From positions 101,132-165,131 of the forward strand of contig JACKLQ010000004.1 in the NCBI GenBank assembly GCA_024235835.1: 64,000 nucleotides of DNA, read 5' to 3'. This stretch comes from Thiobacillus sp. Lineage in GTDB: Bacteria; Pseudomonadota; Gammaproteobacteria; Burkholderiales; Thiobacillaceae. The notes beneath the pieces were generated by a model, which ran no database searches, was not told where the DNA came from, and saw only the letters and a program-made list of their open reading frames with translations. This document shows, piece after piece, positions 9,297 to 18,256 of this stretch (position 1 is the first letter of the stretch; every line of letters starts with the position of its first letter). Made by a program: the position numbers and the translations under genes.

Positions 9297-10280
9297 ATGA
9301 AAAAGTCCCACTTGCTTATTCCCACCGCATTGATACTTGGCCTGGCGGCCACGGCTTACGGAGCAGACGCCAGCATTGAAGCGCTCCAGACCGAGGTAAC
9401 GGTGACGAAGACCAAGGCCGATGCCATGACCAGCAGAGTTCAGTCGCTGGAGGGCGGATTGCCTGCGGAGCGGGCTGCGCGAGAGGCAGCCGATGCCCAA
9501 CTGCAAACATTGATAAATGAATTGGCGCTGACACCTGGACCCATGGGCCCCCCTGGACCGCAAGGCCCTCCCGGACCACAAGGGCCCCAAGGGCTACAAG
9601 GCCCGCCCGGGCCGGTAGGCGCGGTCGGACCTGAAGGTCCCCCCGGACCAATCGGTGCTCCCGGACCAATAGGCGCACCCGGACCCGCGGGGCCCCAGGG
9701 AGTTCAAGGAGAAATGGGGCCGATGGGGCCGGCGGGCCCGGCCGGCCCTGGGGGCGGATCGGTCTTTGTCCGCTGGGGTAACGCAAGCGCGCCCAATGGC
9801 ACCACGCTGGTCTACAGTGGCAGAACCCATAACGGGATGTACGCATTTGGTGGAAGTGGCACGCCCCTATGTCTTGCTCCGGGAGACCCGGGCCCCCACA
9901 CAGAAGCTGATGGTGCCAATTTGGACCTCGTGGCGCCGGTCGTCTTGAACACACAAGACCACGAGGCAGACATTCAGACACTTTATCCCGATAACAGTCT
10001 GTTGAATTGCGCCGTTGCCCTGGCACCAGGGCCCACGACGCTCATGTGGGGGAGTTGGAACGCACCCAGCACGGATTGGAGCGTCTTGTATACGGGTTAT
10101 GTCTTCGGAGGCATATACGACAAGGCAAACTCCACCGAGCGGGTCTGCATCGACGCTGGCCAGTTTGATGGCAGTTATCAAACAGGATGGTATGGCGCCT
10201 TGTATGTCATGAGCATCCTCTCGGATGGCGTGAACACTGGCCACCTCATCAAATGTGCCGTCATCATGAAAAACCCGTGA
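9297..10280 (+). CDS. Secreted collagen-like triple-helix repeat protein with globular C-terminal domain
   Basis: Signal peptide, then a heptad-like region. About 24 uninterrupted G-X-Y triplets occupy residues 81-152, followed by a 175-aa Cys-containing C-terminal domain. A GGAGG RBS lies 5 nt upstream. GC is lower than in the neighbours. Confidence 0.9.
   Translation: MKKSHLLIPTALILGLAATAYGADASIEALQTEVTVTKTKADAMTSRVQSLEGGLPAERAAREAADAQLQTLINELALTPGPMGPPGPQGPPGPQGPQGLQGPPGPVGAVGPEGPPGPIGAPGPIGAPGPAGPQGVQGEMGPMGPAGPAGPGGGSVFVRWGNASAPNGTTLVYSGRTHNGMYAFGGSGTPLCLAPGDPGPHTEADGANLDLVAPVVLNTQDHEADIQTLYPDNSLLNCAVALAPGPTTLMWGSWNAPSTDWSVLYTGYVFGGIYDKANSTERVCIDAGQFDGSYQTGWYGALYVMSILSDGVNTGHLIKCAVIMKNP
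9537..9752 (+). repeat. G-X-Y collagen triplet repeat (coding)
   Basis: [72 protein letters not shown] read directly from the translation. Confidence 0.95.
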
Positions 10281-10324
10281 CACGCATTTCCCGTTACTTT
10301 CCCGTTACTCGCGGGAGAAACGCA

Positions 10325-10358
10325 CATCCCCTCTGTGCCCGTAAGAGGGGATGTTTTT
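10325..10358 (+). terminator. Rho-independent terminator after the collagen-like gene
   Basis: CATCCCCTCT, a 9-nt loop, AGAGGGGATG, then TTTTT. Confidence 0.8.
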
Positions 10359-10415
10359 GGGCCCCTCCCTGCTGGATATCCACCCCTCCCGGCTGCTTCC
10401 TTCGTGACGAGGCTC

Positions 10416-10982
10416 TCAGCGCTTGTAGATCTCCACCTTCCTGGCCCGCAGGCGGTAGCCCGAGTCCCCCATGTCGGTCTTGGAGGTGGCCAGTTCCAGG
10501 ATGCCGCTCACCCATACGGCGTCCATGTCCTCCTTGGCCTTGTAGGGCTTGTCGGCGACGACGTGGATGATCTGGTTGGCCGGCGGCGGCGGCACGTGGA
10601 TGCAGGCGCCGAAATAAGGCACCAGCAGGAATTCCTTCACCTCCCGCTTGCCCCACTCCAGGGGCACCATGAAACCGGCGATGCGGATGGCCTGGCCGTT
10701 CATGGCCGGGTTGGAAGGCGCCTCGTTCCACATGCGCTTGAGCTTCTCCATGGCCTCCATGGCCTTGGGGTCCGAGTCCTTCAACTTGTCCAGATTCAGC
10801 CCGGTGATGACCTTCATGGGGTCCCAGGACTTGGGCAGCAGGTCGTCCCAGTTGACATCTCTGTAGGTCGTGGCCTTGTCCCCGGCGGCGGGGGCCAGGC
10901 GGTCCCCCACCTTGTAGTCCGCCGCCACCGCCGGCAGGGCCAGCAACGCGAACACCGTCATCACCATACGCAAGTCAAACAC
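10416..10982 (-). CDS. DUF3299-like periplasmic protein (ZrgD-like)
   Basis: Signal peptide, then FMVPLEW...EFLLVPYFGACIHVPPPPANQIIHV, which I recognise as the DUF3299 core. It is the last gene of the zinc island. The start is GTG at 10982, or ATG at 10967 or 10961. Confidence 0.7.
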   Translation of the reverse strand: MFDLRMVMTVFALLALPAVAADYKVGDRLAPAAGDKATTYRDVNWDDLLPKSWDPMKVITGLNLDKLKDSDPKAMEAMEKLKRMWNEAPSNPAMNGQAIRIAGFMVPLEWGKREVKEFLLVPYFGACIHVPPPPANQIIHVVADKPYKAKEDMDAVWVSGILELATSKTDMGDSGYRLRARKVEIYKR

Positions 10983-11712
10983 GATCCGTCTTCCTTATGA
11001 ACATGAATGGCGCGGCCACCAGCACCAGGGCCACGACGATGGCGGCCCCCGCCGGCAGGTCCCAAAGAGCCGATGCGGCCAGACCGAGAACATACCCCGC
11101 GGTACCCATGACATAGGCGCGGACCAGGCGTTCCCCGGCGGCCAGGGCCGGCACGATGAGGCTGGCGAACACCAGGTAAACCCCCACCACCTGCACCGAG
11201 GCGGTGATGGCCAGGGCGAAGAGCAGGTAGAAGCCCAGGGGGGACCGGCGCAGGCCACTGAACCAGGCCGCCAGCACTCCGGCCGTGACCAGGGCCAGGG
11301 TCGGCAGGTCGCCCCAGCCGGTCCACAGGATCTGGCCCACCAGCATCTCCCGAAGTTGTTCGCCGCCGTGGGGATCGTGGGCCAGCAGCAGGATGGCCAG
11401 GGACGACACCAGCACGAAGGCCACGCCGATGACGGCCTCCTGCCGCCGGGGCCAGTGCTGTTCGCTGAAGTGCAGCAGCAGGGCCCCCAGCCCCGCCAGC
11501 CCCAGGGCGGCGGCCTGGACCTGCCAGCCCGCCTCCCATTCCAGGAAGTGGGCCAGGATCACCCCCAGGCCGGCGAACTGGGCGATGGCGATGTCGATGA
11601 AGATGATGCCCCGCTCCAGCACCCTCAGCCCCAAGGGCACGTGGCTGGCCAGCACCATCAGGCCCGCCACCATGGCCGGCAGCAGGATGGACCATTCCAG
11701 GGTTGCGTTCAT
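10975..11712 (-). CDS. ABC-3 family metal (Zn/Mn) transporter permease, ZnuB-like
   Basis: 245-aa polytopic protein with ERGIIFIDIAIAQFAGLG resembling the ZnuB/ABC-3 motif. It lies directly downstream of a ZnuA-like gene. Confidence 0.75.
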   Translation of the reverse strand: MNATLEWSILLPAMVAGLMVLASHVPLGLRVLERGIIFIDIAIAQFAGLGVILAHFLEWEAGWQVQAAALGLAGLGALLLHFSEQHWPRRQEAVIGVAFVLVSSLAILLLAHDPHGGEQLREMLVGQILWTGWGDLPTLALVTAGVLAAWFSGLRRSPLGFYLLFALAITASVQVVGVYLVFASLIVPALAAGERLVRAYVMGTAGYVLGLAASALWDLPAGAAIVVALVLVAAPFMFIRKTDRV

Positions 11713-11719
11713 GGCACGC

Positions 11720-12622
11720 TCATTTGACGATCGCCAGCAGCCGGTCCAGCAGGGCGTCCATCCACGCGAACAAACTGTCCGTCCCAGGCGCGGCCCCCAC
11801 GGTATGGGGCAACTCCACCACAGGCACCCCGGCCCGTTCCGACAGCCACCGGCTGGCCCGGGGCGACTGGTAGTTGGTGTGGGCCACCAACCGCACCGGT
11901 TGTTGCCGCAGCCGGTTCAGCACCTCGCCCAGCCAGGCCACGGAAGGCTCCACGCCGGGCTTGGGTTCCAGGGTCACCACCACCTTCATGTCCAGCCAGT
12001 GGGCCAGATAGACCCAGTCCTTGTGGTGGGTGGCCAGGGGCACGCCCCCCAGGGGCACGGCCCGTTCCTGCCAGCGGGCCAGGGCCGCCTGCCAGCGCTG
12101 CTGGAAGCCCCGGTGGCGGGCGGCGTAATGGGCGGCGTTCTCCTTGTCCAACTGGGCCAGGCGGGCGGCCAGGGCCTCCGCCAGCCGGGAGATGTTGCGG
12201 GGGTCCAGGTGCAGGTGGGGGTTGCCGGCGGCGTGCACGTCCCCCATGGAACGGTCCACCCGGGCCGGCCTGTCCAGCAGGGCGACGAAGGCCGCCGCCT
12301 CGAAGTGGCCCGGCGTTCCGGGCTGGATGCGGGCGTTGCCGGATTCCCGCTGCAGCACGGGCAACCAGCCCGCCTCCAGTTCGGCGCCGGTGCAGACCAG
12401 CAGGTCGGCGTTGCGGGCCCGGGCGATGAGGCTGGGCCGGGCCTCGATGCGGTGGGGGTCCTGGTAGGCCGTGGTGGCCAAGGCCACGCTGGCCTGGTCC
12501 CCCGCCAGTTCCTTCACCAGGGCGGCCCATTCCGGCTCGCAGGCCAGGACCTTCAGGTCGGCCCGGGCAGGCATGGCGACCAATGCCGTCCAGCAGATCA
12601 GCAGGGTGAGTAGTCCGCGCAT
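11720..12622 (-). CDS. Metal ABC transporter substrate-binding protein, ZnuA/TroA-like
   Basis: Signal peptide followed by KVLACEPEWAALVKELAG...DPHRIEARPSLIARARNADLLVCTGAELEAGWL, typical of cluster-9 binding proteins. Confidence 0.75.
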   Translation of the reverse strand: MRGLLTLLICWTALVAMPARADLKVLACEPEWAALVKELAGDQASVALATTAYQDPHRIEARPSLIARARNADLLVCTGAELEAGWLPVLQRESGNARIQPGTPGHFEAAAFVALLDRPARVDRSMGDVHAAGNPHLHLDPRNISRLAEALAARLAQLDKENAAHYAARHRGFQQRWQAALARWQERAVPLGGVPLATHHKDWVYLAHWLDMKVVVTLEPKPGVEPSVAWLGEVLNRLRQQPVRLVAHTNYQSPRASRWLSERAGVPVVELPHTVGAAPGTDSLFAWMDALLDRLLAIVK

Positions 12623-12633
12623 CGCGTGCCCCC

Positions 12634-13989
12634 TCAGAACTTGTGGGCGCCGTGGGGGCCCAGACTATGGAGATATTGCAGGGTGAACTGGTTGTCGGTG
12701 AGACCCTGTTCCGCCTTGTCCCGGGCGAACTGCAGGCGCAGGCGCGAAAACTCGCTGGGGTTGTAGTCCACCATGAGGCTGTGGCGCTGGGGCGTGAAGC
12801 CCGGCTGGGACAGCACGCCGGCAAAGCCCCCACCGAAGTTCACCGAGCCCTCGCTCAGGCGGTCGTAGCGGTAGCCCACCCGCCACTCGGGGTGGAACTG
12901 GTAGACCCCCTGGGCATACCAGCCCGACTGGCGGGCCCGGTAGGTGTCGGCGATGCCGCCGGGGGGGCAGAGGCCGCCGTCGGCGCTGTTGTCCTCGCAT
13001 GTCAGGTCGCCGTCCTCGCTGCGCCGAACATACTCCGCCTGAAACTTGAAGTTCTCGTACTTGGGATTGCCGCCGGGGGCCCATTTCCAGACGAAGTCGG
13101 CAATCCAGTACTTGCTGCGGCCGGAAAACAGGCTTTCGGCCTCCACACCGTTGTCGTCCATCCAGTGGCCCTCGCGGCCGTCGGCCTTGGCCCGCAGCCA
13201 GGACAGGCCGGCGCGCCAGGAATGGCTGTCACCCAGGTCGTCGCCCAGGTGGGCATAGACGGCATGGCTGCCCAGGCCGTTGCGATCGCTCCAATCCGCC
13301 CCCTGGCCGGCCTCCAGGCCGATCTCCAGGAACAGGGGCGTGGGCGCCACCCACTTCAACTGCAGGCCATCCTGGCCGTAGTGCTCCCCCAGCATGGCGG
13401 CGTAGGCCAGGTTCTGGTTGGCGAAATCCCAGACATGGGGATGCTGCTCGTTGATGTAGCCGATGCCCGACAGATAGCGGCCGGCCTTGAGGGTGAAGCC
13501 GTTGCCCAGGGCCGTGGTCCGCACCCAGGCCTCCTCCGCCTCCACTTCACCATCGGCGAAGGCGAAGTTGGCGTAGCCCTGGAAATACGGATCGATGCCG
13601 GCGGAGAGGATCAACTCGGTCTCGTCCACGGAAAAGCCCTTGGCATTGCCGTGGGCGTGGCCGGCAGGCAGGAAGCCGGTGATATGGCCCTCCCCCCTGG
13701 CGTGGTGGTAGCGGCCTTGCAGGACCAGGGAAACCCCCGGGTTCATGCTGGCGGCGGCGGCTTCTGCCGCTGGGGCGGCCAGGGAAGCGACAGGGGCCGC
13801 TTCCTGCTTGGCCAGGCGGGCCTCCATCTCCTTCAGGCGAGCCTCATAGGCGGTCTGGATGTCCTTCAGCTTGGCGTCGAACTCGGCGCGCAAGGCGGCC
13901 AGGTCCGCGTCGGTGGCGGCCAGGACGGGCAGGGGCGAAACAGGCAGGGCGGCCGCCAGGGCGACGGCCAGGAGTCTGGGCTTGAACAT
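12634..13989 (-). CDS. Outer-membrane beta-barrel (porin-like) protein
   Basis: Signal peptide, an N-terminal coiled coil, an alternating aromatic/Gly-rich sequence, and a terminal ...HGAHKF (C-terminal Phe). A GAGGA RBS is present. Confidence 0.65.
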   Translation of the reverse strand: MFKPRLLAVALAAALPVSPLPVLAATDADLAALRAEFDAKLKDIQTAYEARLKEMEARLAKQEAAPVASLAAPAAEAAAASMNPGVSLVLQGRYHHARGEGHITGFLPAGHAHGNAKGFSVDETELILSAGIDPYFQGYANFAFADGEVEAEEAWVRTTALGNGFTLKAGRYLSGIGYINEQHPHVWDFANQNLAYAAMLGEHYGQDGLQLKWVAPTPLFLEIGLEAGQGADWSDRNGLGSHAVYAHLGDDLGDSHSWRAGLSWLRAKADGREGHWMDDNGVEAESLFSGRSKYWIADFVWKWAPGGNPKYENFKFQAEYVRRSEDGDLTCEDNSADGGLCPPGGIADTYRARQSGWYAQGVYQFHPEWRVGYRYDRLSEGSVNFGGGFAGVLSQPGFTPQRHSLMVDYNPSEFSRLRLQFARDKAEQGLTDNQFTLQYLHSLGPHGAHKF

Positions 13990-14056
13990 GGTGAATCCTC
14001 GAATAAAAACAACAACAATCCGCGCGGGGCGCGGTCATGGCGAGGGAATTACCAGC

Positions 14057-14344
14057 TCAGAGGGGAGGTGCGCGGCTGAGGTAAAGGGGCCGGAAGGAAA
14101 GAAATGTGGCTACGGGCGCATCGGCCTGGAAATGGAAAACCGCGGCCGGAGGCACCCAGGCCTCGGGTGTGCTGGCCACACCGGCCCCCAGGGGAGCATA
14201 GGCCATGCAGAGTTCGCAAGCCAGCTTGTGCTCCAGGCCCTCGTCTTCCTGCTCGAAGCCATGGCTGATGCCATGGGCCAGGGCCCCGGACTGGGCCAGC
14301 AGGAACAGGAAAAGGAGAACGAGCCGTCGAAACATGGCGTGCAT
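14057..14344 (-). CDS. Small secreted protein with C-x2-C motif (DUF2946-like)
   Basis: Signal peptide MFRRLVLLFLFLLAQSGALA followed by HKLACELCMAY. The size and motif resemble DUF2946 proteins found in metal-uptake loci. This is a memory-based call. Confidence 0.5.
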   Translation of the reverse strand: MHAMFRRLVLLFLFLLAQSGALAHGISHGFEQEDEGLEHKLACELCMAYAPLGAGVASTPEAWVPPAAVFHFQADAPVATFLSFRPLYLSRAPPL

Positions 14345-14368
14345 ATTAGAGCCTATTTCATCAGGCTC

Positions 14369-15631
14369 TTACACACGGGGCGTCAGGCCGTCGGCCAGGG
14401 ACAGGTGATAGGCCCGCCAGCCGGGCAGCAGGCTGGCCAGGGTACCCACCAGCACCACCCAGCCCAGCAGTGCCAATTCCTCACCGCCGGGCAGGGCCAC
14501 GGACAGGGCCAGGCCGTAATGGGCCTGGACCCAGGGGCCGAAGGCCGCCGACAGGACGGCCAGCATCACCACGCCCGTCACCGCCCCCGCCAGGGTGACG
14601 GCGGCGCCTTCAAAGGCCAGCAGGGCGAACAGGTCCCGGGGCCGGGCGCCCACGGAACGCAGGATGGCCAGCTCCCGCCGCCGCTCCCCCAGTCCCGCCA
14701 GCACCACGGCCACCAGGCCGGCGAAACTCACCGCCAGCACCAGGGCGGAGACGGCCAGCAGGGCCTTTTCCGCCACGGCCATCATGTCCCACAGTTGGGA
14801 CAGGGCCACACCGGGCAGCACGCCCATGATGGCCTCGTCCCGGAAATTGGCCACGTAGCGCTGCATGACGAACACGCCCGCCCGGGTCTTCAGGCCCACC
14901 AGCACGGCGGTGACGGCCCTGGGCGCCAGGTCGAACTTCCGCACCAGCTCCGGCGGAATGGCCAGGCCCGGCATGGGCGCTCCGCCCTGCCAGTCCAGGT
15001 GGATGGCCTCCAGGGCTTCGAGGGAAACGTGCACGGTGCGATCTACGGGCGTACCCGTGGGGGCCAGGATGCCCACCACGGTGAAGGGCTTGTCGCCATG
15101 CTCCGCCAGACCATGAGCCTCCATGCCGTGGGCCAGGGTGATGCGGTCCGCCAGCTTGTAGCCCAGGCGCCGGGCCACCTCCGCGCCCAGCACGGCGTCG
15201 AAGACACCTGCAAACGGCTTGCCCTGGGCCAGGGACAGGAACTGCTTGTCGCCGTAGCGGAAGTGCACGAAATAGGCCCCCGTGGTGCCCAGCACCGGGA
15301 AGCCGTGGTGGGAGTCACCCAGGGAGATGGGGATGGTCCAGGCCACGGCTGGATGGGCAGCCAGGGCCTGGGCGCTGTCCCAGCCCATGTTGTTGGTGGC
15401 CTCGCCGATGCGGAACACGGTGTAGAGCAGCAACTGGATGGGGCTGGCGCGGGCGCCGACGATGAGGTCCGTGCCGGACACCGCCTGGGCGAAGCTGTCC
15501 CGGGCATCCTGGCGCAGGCGCTCGATGCCCAGCAGCAGGGTCACGGACAGGGCGATGGCAATGAGGGTCAGCACCAGGGTGTAGCGCCGGTTCCAGGCGC
15601 TGCGCAGGGCCAGGGGGAGAAGGTGGCTCAT
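14369..15631 (-). CDS. ABC transporter permease, FtsX/MacB-type (ZrgC-like)
   Basis: 420 aa with an N-terminal TM, a large periplasmic domain and a C-terminal FtsX-type 3-TM bundle. It overlaps the upstream ATPase gene by ATGA. Confidence 0.8.
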   Translation of the reverse strand: MSHLLPLALRSAWNRRYTLVLTLIAIALSVTLLLGIERLRQDARDSFAQAVSGTDLIVGARASPIQLLLYTVFRIGEATNNMGWDSAQALAAHPAVAWTIPISLGDSHHGFPVLGTTGAYFVHFRYGDKQFLSLAQGKPFAGVFDAVLGAEVARRLGYKLADRITLAHGMEAHGLAEHGDKPFTVVGILAPTGTPVDRTVHVSLEALEAIHLDWQGGAPMPGLAIPPELVRKFDLAPRAVTAVLVGLKTRAGVFVMQRYVANFRDEAIMGVLPGVALSQLWDMMAVAEKALLAVSALVLAVSFAGLVAVVLAGLGERRRELAILRSVGARPRDLFALLAFEGAAVTLAGAVTGVVMLAVLSAAFGPWVQAHYGLALSVALPGGEELALLGWVVLVGTLASLLPGWRAYHLSLADGLTPRV

Positions 15632-16323
15632 GCGGCCTCCTCTTCTGCCCGATTCAGCTCATCCATGTGTACCTGCCGGGGGAAGCCCTCCGCTAGGCGT
15701 TGGTCATGGCTGACGAACAGCAGGGCCGCGTGGGCCGCCGCACATTCCCGCCGCAGCAGTTCCAGGAAGGCCGCCTGCCGGGCCGCGTCCAGGGCCGAGG
15801 TGGGTTCGTCGGCGATGACGATCTCCGGCCGGCCGATGAGGGCCCGGGCCGCCGCCACCCTCTGCTGCTGGCCCACGGACAGCTGGGTGGCGGGCCGGCG
15901 CCACAGGTCTTCCGCCAGGTCCAGATGTTTGAGCAATGTCGCGGCGGCCTGCTTCGCATTCCCCGCCCGCTCCCGGCGACGTTTGGAAAAGCGGCAGGGC
16001 AGCAGCACGTTGTCCAGCACCGACAGGTAAGGAATCAGGTTGAACTGCTGGAAGAGGAGGCCGATGTGGTCCACCCGGAAGCGGTCCCGGGCGGCGGCGG
16101 TGAGACTGGACAACTCCTGCCCCATGGCTTCGATTCGGCCCCGCTGGGGCACCAGCACCCCGGCCACCAGGTTCAGCAGGGTACTCTTGCCGCTGCCGCT
16201 CTCGCCGTGGATGAACACCTGCTCGTCCGCCGCCACCCGGAACTCGGCCATATCCAGGCAGGACCGCTTCTGGCCCGGCCAGCGGAACTGCAGGTTTTCC
16301 AGGAGAAGCAGCGGTGCGGTCAT
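15628..16323 (-). CDS. ABC transporter ATP-binding protein (LolD/MacB-type, ZrgB-like)
   Basis: Walker A GESGSGKST, signature LSVGQQQRVA and Walker B IVIADEP. Confidence 0.9.
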   Translation of the reverse strand: MTAPLLLLENLQFRWPGQKRSCLDMAEFRVAADEQVFIHGESGSGKSTLLNLVAGVLVPQRGRIEAMGQELSSLTAAARDRFRVDHIGLLFQQFNLIPYLSVLDNVLLPCRFSKRRRERAGNAKQAAATLLKHLDLAEDLWRRPATQLSVGQQQRVAAARALIGRPEIVIADEPTSALDAARQAAFLELLRRECAAAHAALLFVSHDQRLAEGFPRQVHMDELNRAEEEAA

Positions 16324-16347
16324 GTCCCCTAGCTTAACAAGAGGACG

Positions 16348-16884
16348 CTACCAACTCAGGAAGCGCATCCTGGTGGTCAGGCGGGCGGCGGACTGGCCCC
16401 TGCCGCTTACCACCTGGGCATCGACGCGGCGCATGCCGGGAAAGGCGTCGCTGAGCCGCACCTCCATGCCCGTGAGCTTGCCGGGGTGGGCGCAGGTGAA
16501 GCGGAAATCGGCATCCAGGTCGCCATGTTCATCGTAGTCGCCAGCAGTCGGATTGGCCTCCAGGATTGCAGCCTCCACCTCCACGGATACCAGCTTGCAT
16601 CCGGCCGCCGCCGTGGGCGCGAACAACCTGCCGCCCTGCTCCAGGCTCTGGCGCATGCGGGCCACCACCGCCCGCTCCTTGTCGCTGCGGGGCGCGTGCT
16701 CGAAACCCAGCAAGGCCTCCAGGGGCGATTCCAGATGCAAGTCGATTTGCCCCCCCTCCACCGCCACTTCCAGCTTGGCCACACCGTGGACGTGGGCATG
16801 GTGTTCATGACCATGGCCATGGGCCGCGAAAGCGGGGGTGGCGAGGCAAAGCATCAACAGACAGGCGGACTTGAAAGCGTGCAT
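16348..16884 (-). CDS. DUF2796/ZrgA-like His-rich periplasmic zinc-binding protein
   Basis: Signal peptide, then AHGHGHEHHAHVHG and paired acidic/His segments. Start set at the ATG at 16884, preceded by AGGAGAG (the track start at 16902 is TTG). Confidence 0.7.
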   Translation of the reverse strand: MHAFKSACLLMLCLATPAFAAHGHGHEHHAHVHGVAKLEVAVEGGQIDLHLESPLEALLGFEHAPRSDKERAVVARMRQSLEQGGRLFAPTAAAGCKLVSVEVEAAILEANPTAGDYDEHGDLDADFRFTCAHPGKLTGMEVRLSDAFPGMRRVDAQVVSGRGQSAARLTTRMRFLSW

Positions 16885-16898
16885 CGGTCTCTCCTGGT

Positions 16899-17651
16899 TC
16901 AATGGCTGTGATGGGCAAACAGGCTCACCACCTGCACGGTGGCGACGCCCAGGCCCAACAGCGTCAGTTGGGCGGCGGCGTCCTTGAAGCGGCGATGGCG
17001 GTGGAGTTCGGGCACCAGGTCCGCCACGGCGATGTAGATGAAGCTGGCGGCGGCCACGACGATGACGTAGGGCACCACCGCCTGGGTGCTGCCCAGGGCG
17101 GCGTAGCCGGCCACGCCGCCCAGCACCATGGCTCCGCCGGACAGGGCATTGAGGGCCAGGGCCCGGGACTTGCTCAGACCCGCGTTGAGCAGCACCATGA
17201 AATCGCCGATCTCCTGGGGAAGTTCGTGGGCCAGGATGGCGATGGCTGTGGTCCAGCCCAGGGCCGGCTCCACCAGGAAGGCGGCGGCGATGAGCACGCC
17301 GTCCACGAAGTTGTGCAGGCCATCCCCCAGCACGATCATGGACACCTGGGGCGGATGCACGTGTTTCCCTTGGCCGTGGTTGTGGTCGTGGCGCCAGAGA
17401 GCGGCCTTTTCAAGGAGGAAGAAGACCACCACGCCCGCCAGCAGGAGTTGGCCCACCAATCCTGGTTCCAGACCCATCTCCACCGCTTCCGGCACCAGGT
17501 CGGTGAACGCAAAGGCCAGCAGCACGCCCACGGCGTAGGCCACCATCCGGTCGGCGAAGCGGGGCAGCCAGGTCAGGGCCAGGGTGGCGGCCATCAACAC
17601 GGACAGCACACCGCCCAGCAAAGTGGACAAAACAATCAGGAACAGGGTCAT
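16899..17651 (-). CDS. ZIP family divalent metal transporter
   Basis: HNFVDG and HELPQEIGDF signature motifs and an internal His-rich loop (HDHNHGQGKHVH). ATG at 17651; the track start at 17666 is TTG. Confidence 0.85.
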   Translation of the reverse strand: MTLFLIVLSTLLGGVLSVLMAATLALTWLPRFADRMVAYAVGVLLAFAFTDLVPEAVEMGLEPGLVGQLLLAGVVVFFLLEKAALWRHDHNHGQGKHVHPPQVSMIVLGDGLHNFVDGVLIAAAFLVEPALGWTTAIAILAHELPQEIGDFMVLLNAGLSKSRALALNALSGGAMVLGGVAGYAALGSTQAVVPYVIVVAAASFIYIAVADLVPELHRHRRFKDAAAQLTLLGLGVATVQVVSLFAHHSH

Positions 17652-17676
17652 GGAAGGGGCTGGCAAGGCCTAATAA

Positions 17677-17691
17677 TGCAACTCTGTTGCA
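17677..17691. promoter_or_regulatory. Candidate Zur operator TGCAAC-TCT-GTTGCA
   Basis: Perfect 6-3-6 inverted repeat with AT-rich flanks, 26 bp upstream of the ZIP ATG. A near-identical copy abuts the zur start. Confidence 0.45.
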
Positions 17692-17729
17692 CTATAGCCC
17701 CACCCTCCAACTCAAGCAACCAAGTTGCG

Positions 17730-18206
17730 TTATATACCGCAGTCCGGGCAAAGGCCCCGCAGGGTCAGTTCCGCATGGTCGCAACGAAAACCCGGCGGCA
17801 GGGTGAAGGCAAAGACGGGACGAAGGTCGTCCAGGCAATACAGCCGGCCGCAGCGGCTGCATTGGAAGTGGGCATGCTCGTGGGCGCCGGCATGCCCGTG
17901 CTTGTCCGCGGCCAGTGCATTGAAGCGCCACACCCGGTCCTCACCGGCGATCCTGTGGGCCAGGCCCCTTTCCACAAGCCAGTCCAGCACCCGGTAGAGG
18001 GTTACCCGATCCATCCCCACGCCAGCCTCCCGGGCCGCAGCGGCGATATCCGTATGGGTAAGGGCCGTAGACGTGGCCAGCAGGATTCCAAGCACGGCCA
18101 GCCGTGCTGCCGTGGGGCGCTCCCCAACACCATTCAGCAGGACCTCGGCCGGCGTTTCGCGTGGGGATTTCGCCGGCCTGGGGCGGGTGGCTAGGTTGAT
18201 CGGCAT
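17730..18206 (-). CDS. zur: Fur-family zinc uptake regulator
   Basis: Winged-helix region RLAVLGILL...VTLYRVLDWLVERGL, plus HAGAHEHAHFQCSRCG and GLCPDCG metal sites. It lies at the head of the zinc-gene array. The start is uncertain (ATG at 18206, or TTG at 18263). Confidence 0.8.
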   Translation of the reverse strand: MPINLATRPRPAKSPRETPAEVLLNGVGERPTAARLAVLGILLATSTALTHTDIAAAAREAGVGMDRVTLYRVLDWLVERGLAHRIAGEDRVWRFNALAADKHGHAGAHEHAHFQCSRCGRLYCLDDLRPVFAFTLPPGFRCDHAELTLRGLCPDCGI

Positions 18207-18207
18207 A

Positions 18208-18222
18208 TGCAACAGTGTAGCA
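18208..18222. promoter_or_regulatory. Second candidate Zur operator TGCAAC-AGT-GTAGCA
   Basis: 14/15 identical architecture to 17677..17691, with one arm mismatch. It sits immediately upstream of the zur ATG at 18206. Confidence 0.4.
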
Positions 18223-18256
18223 AAAGTCCAAGCCCTTGGTCCCACCCGGGTTTTGA

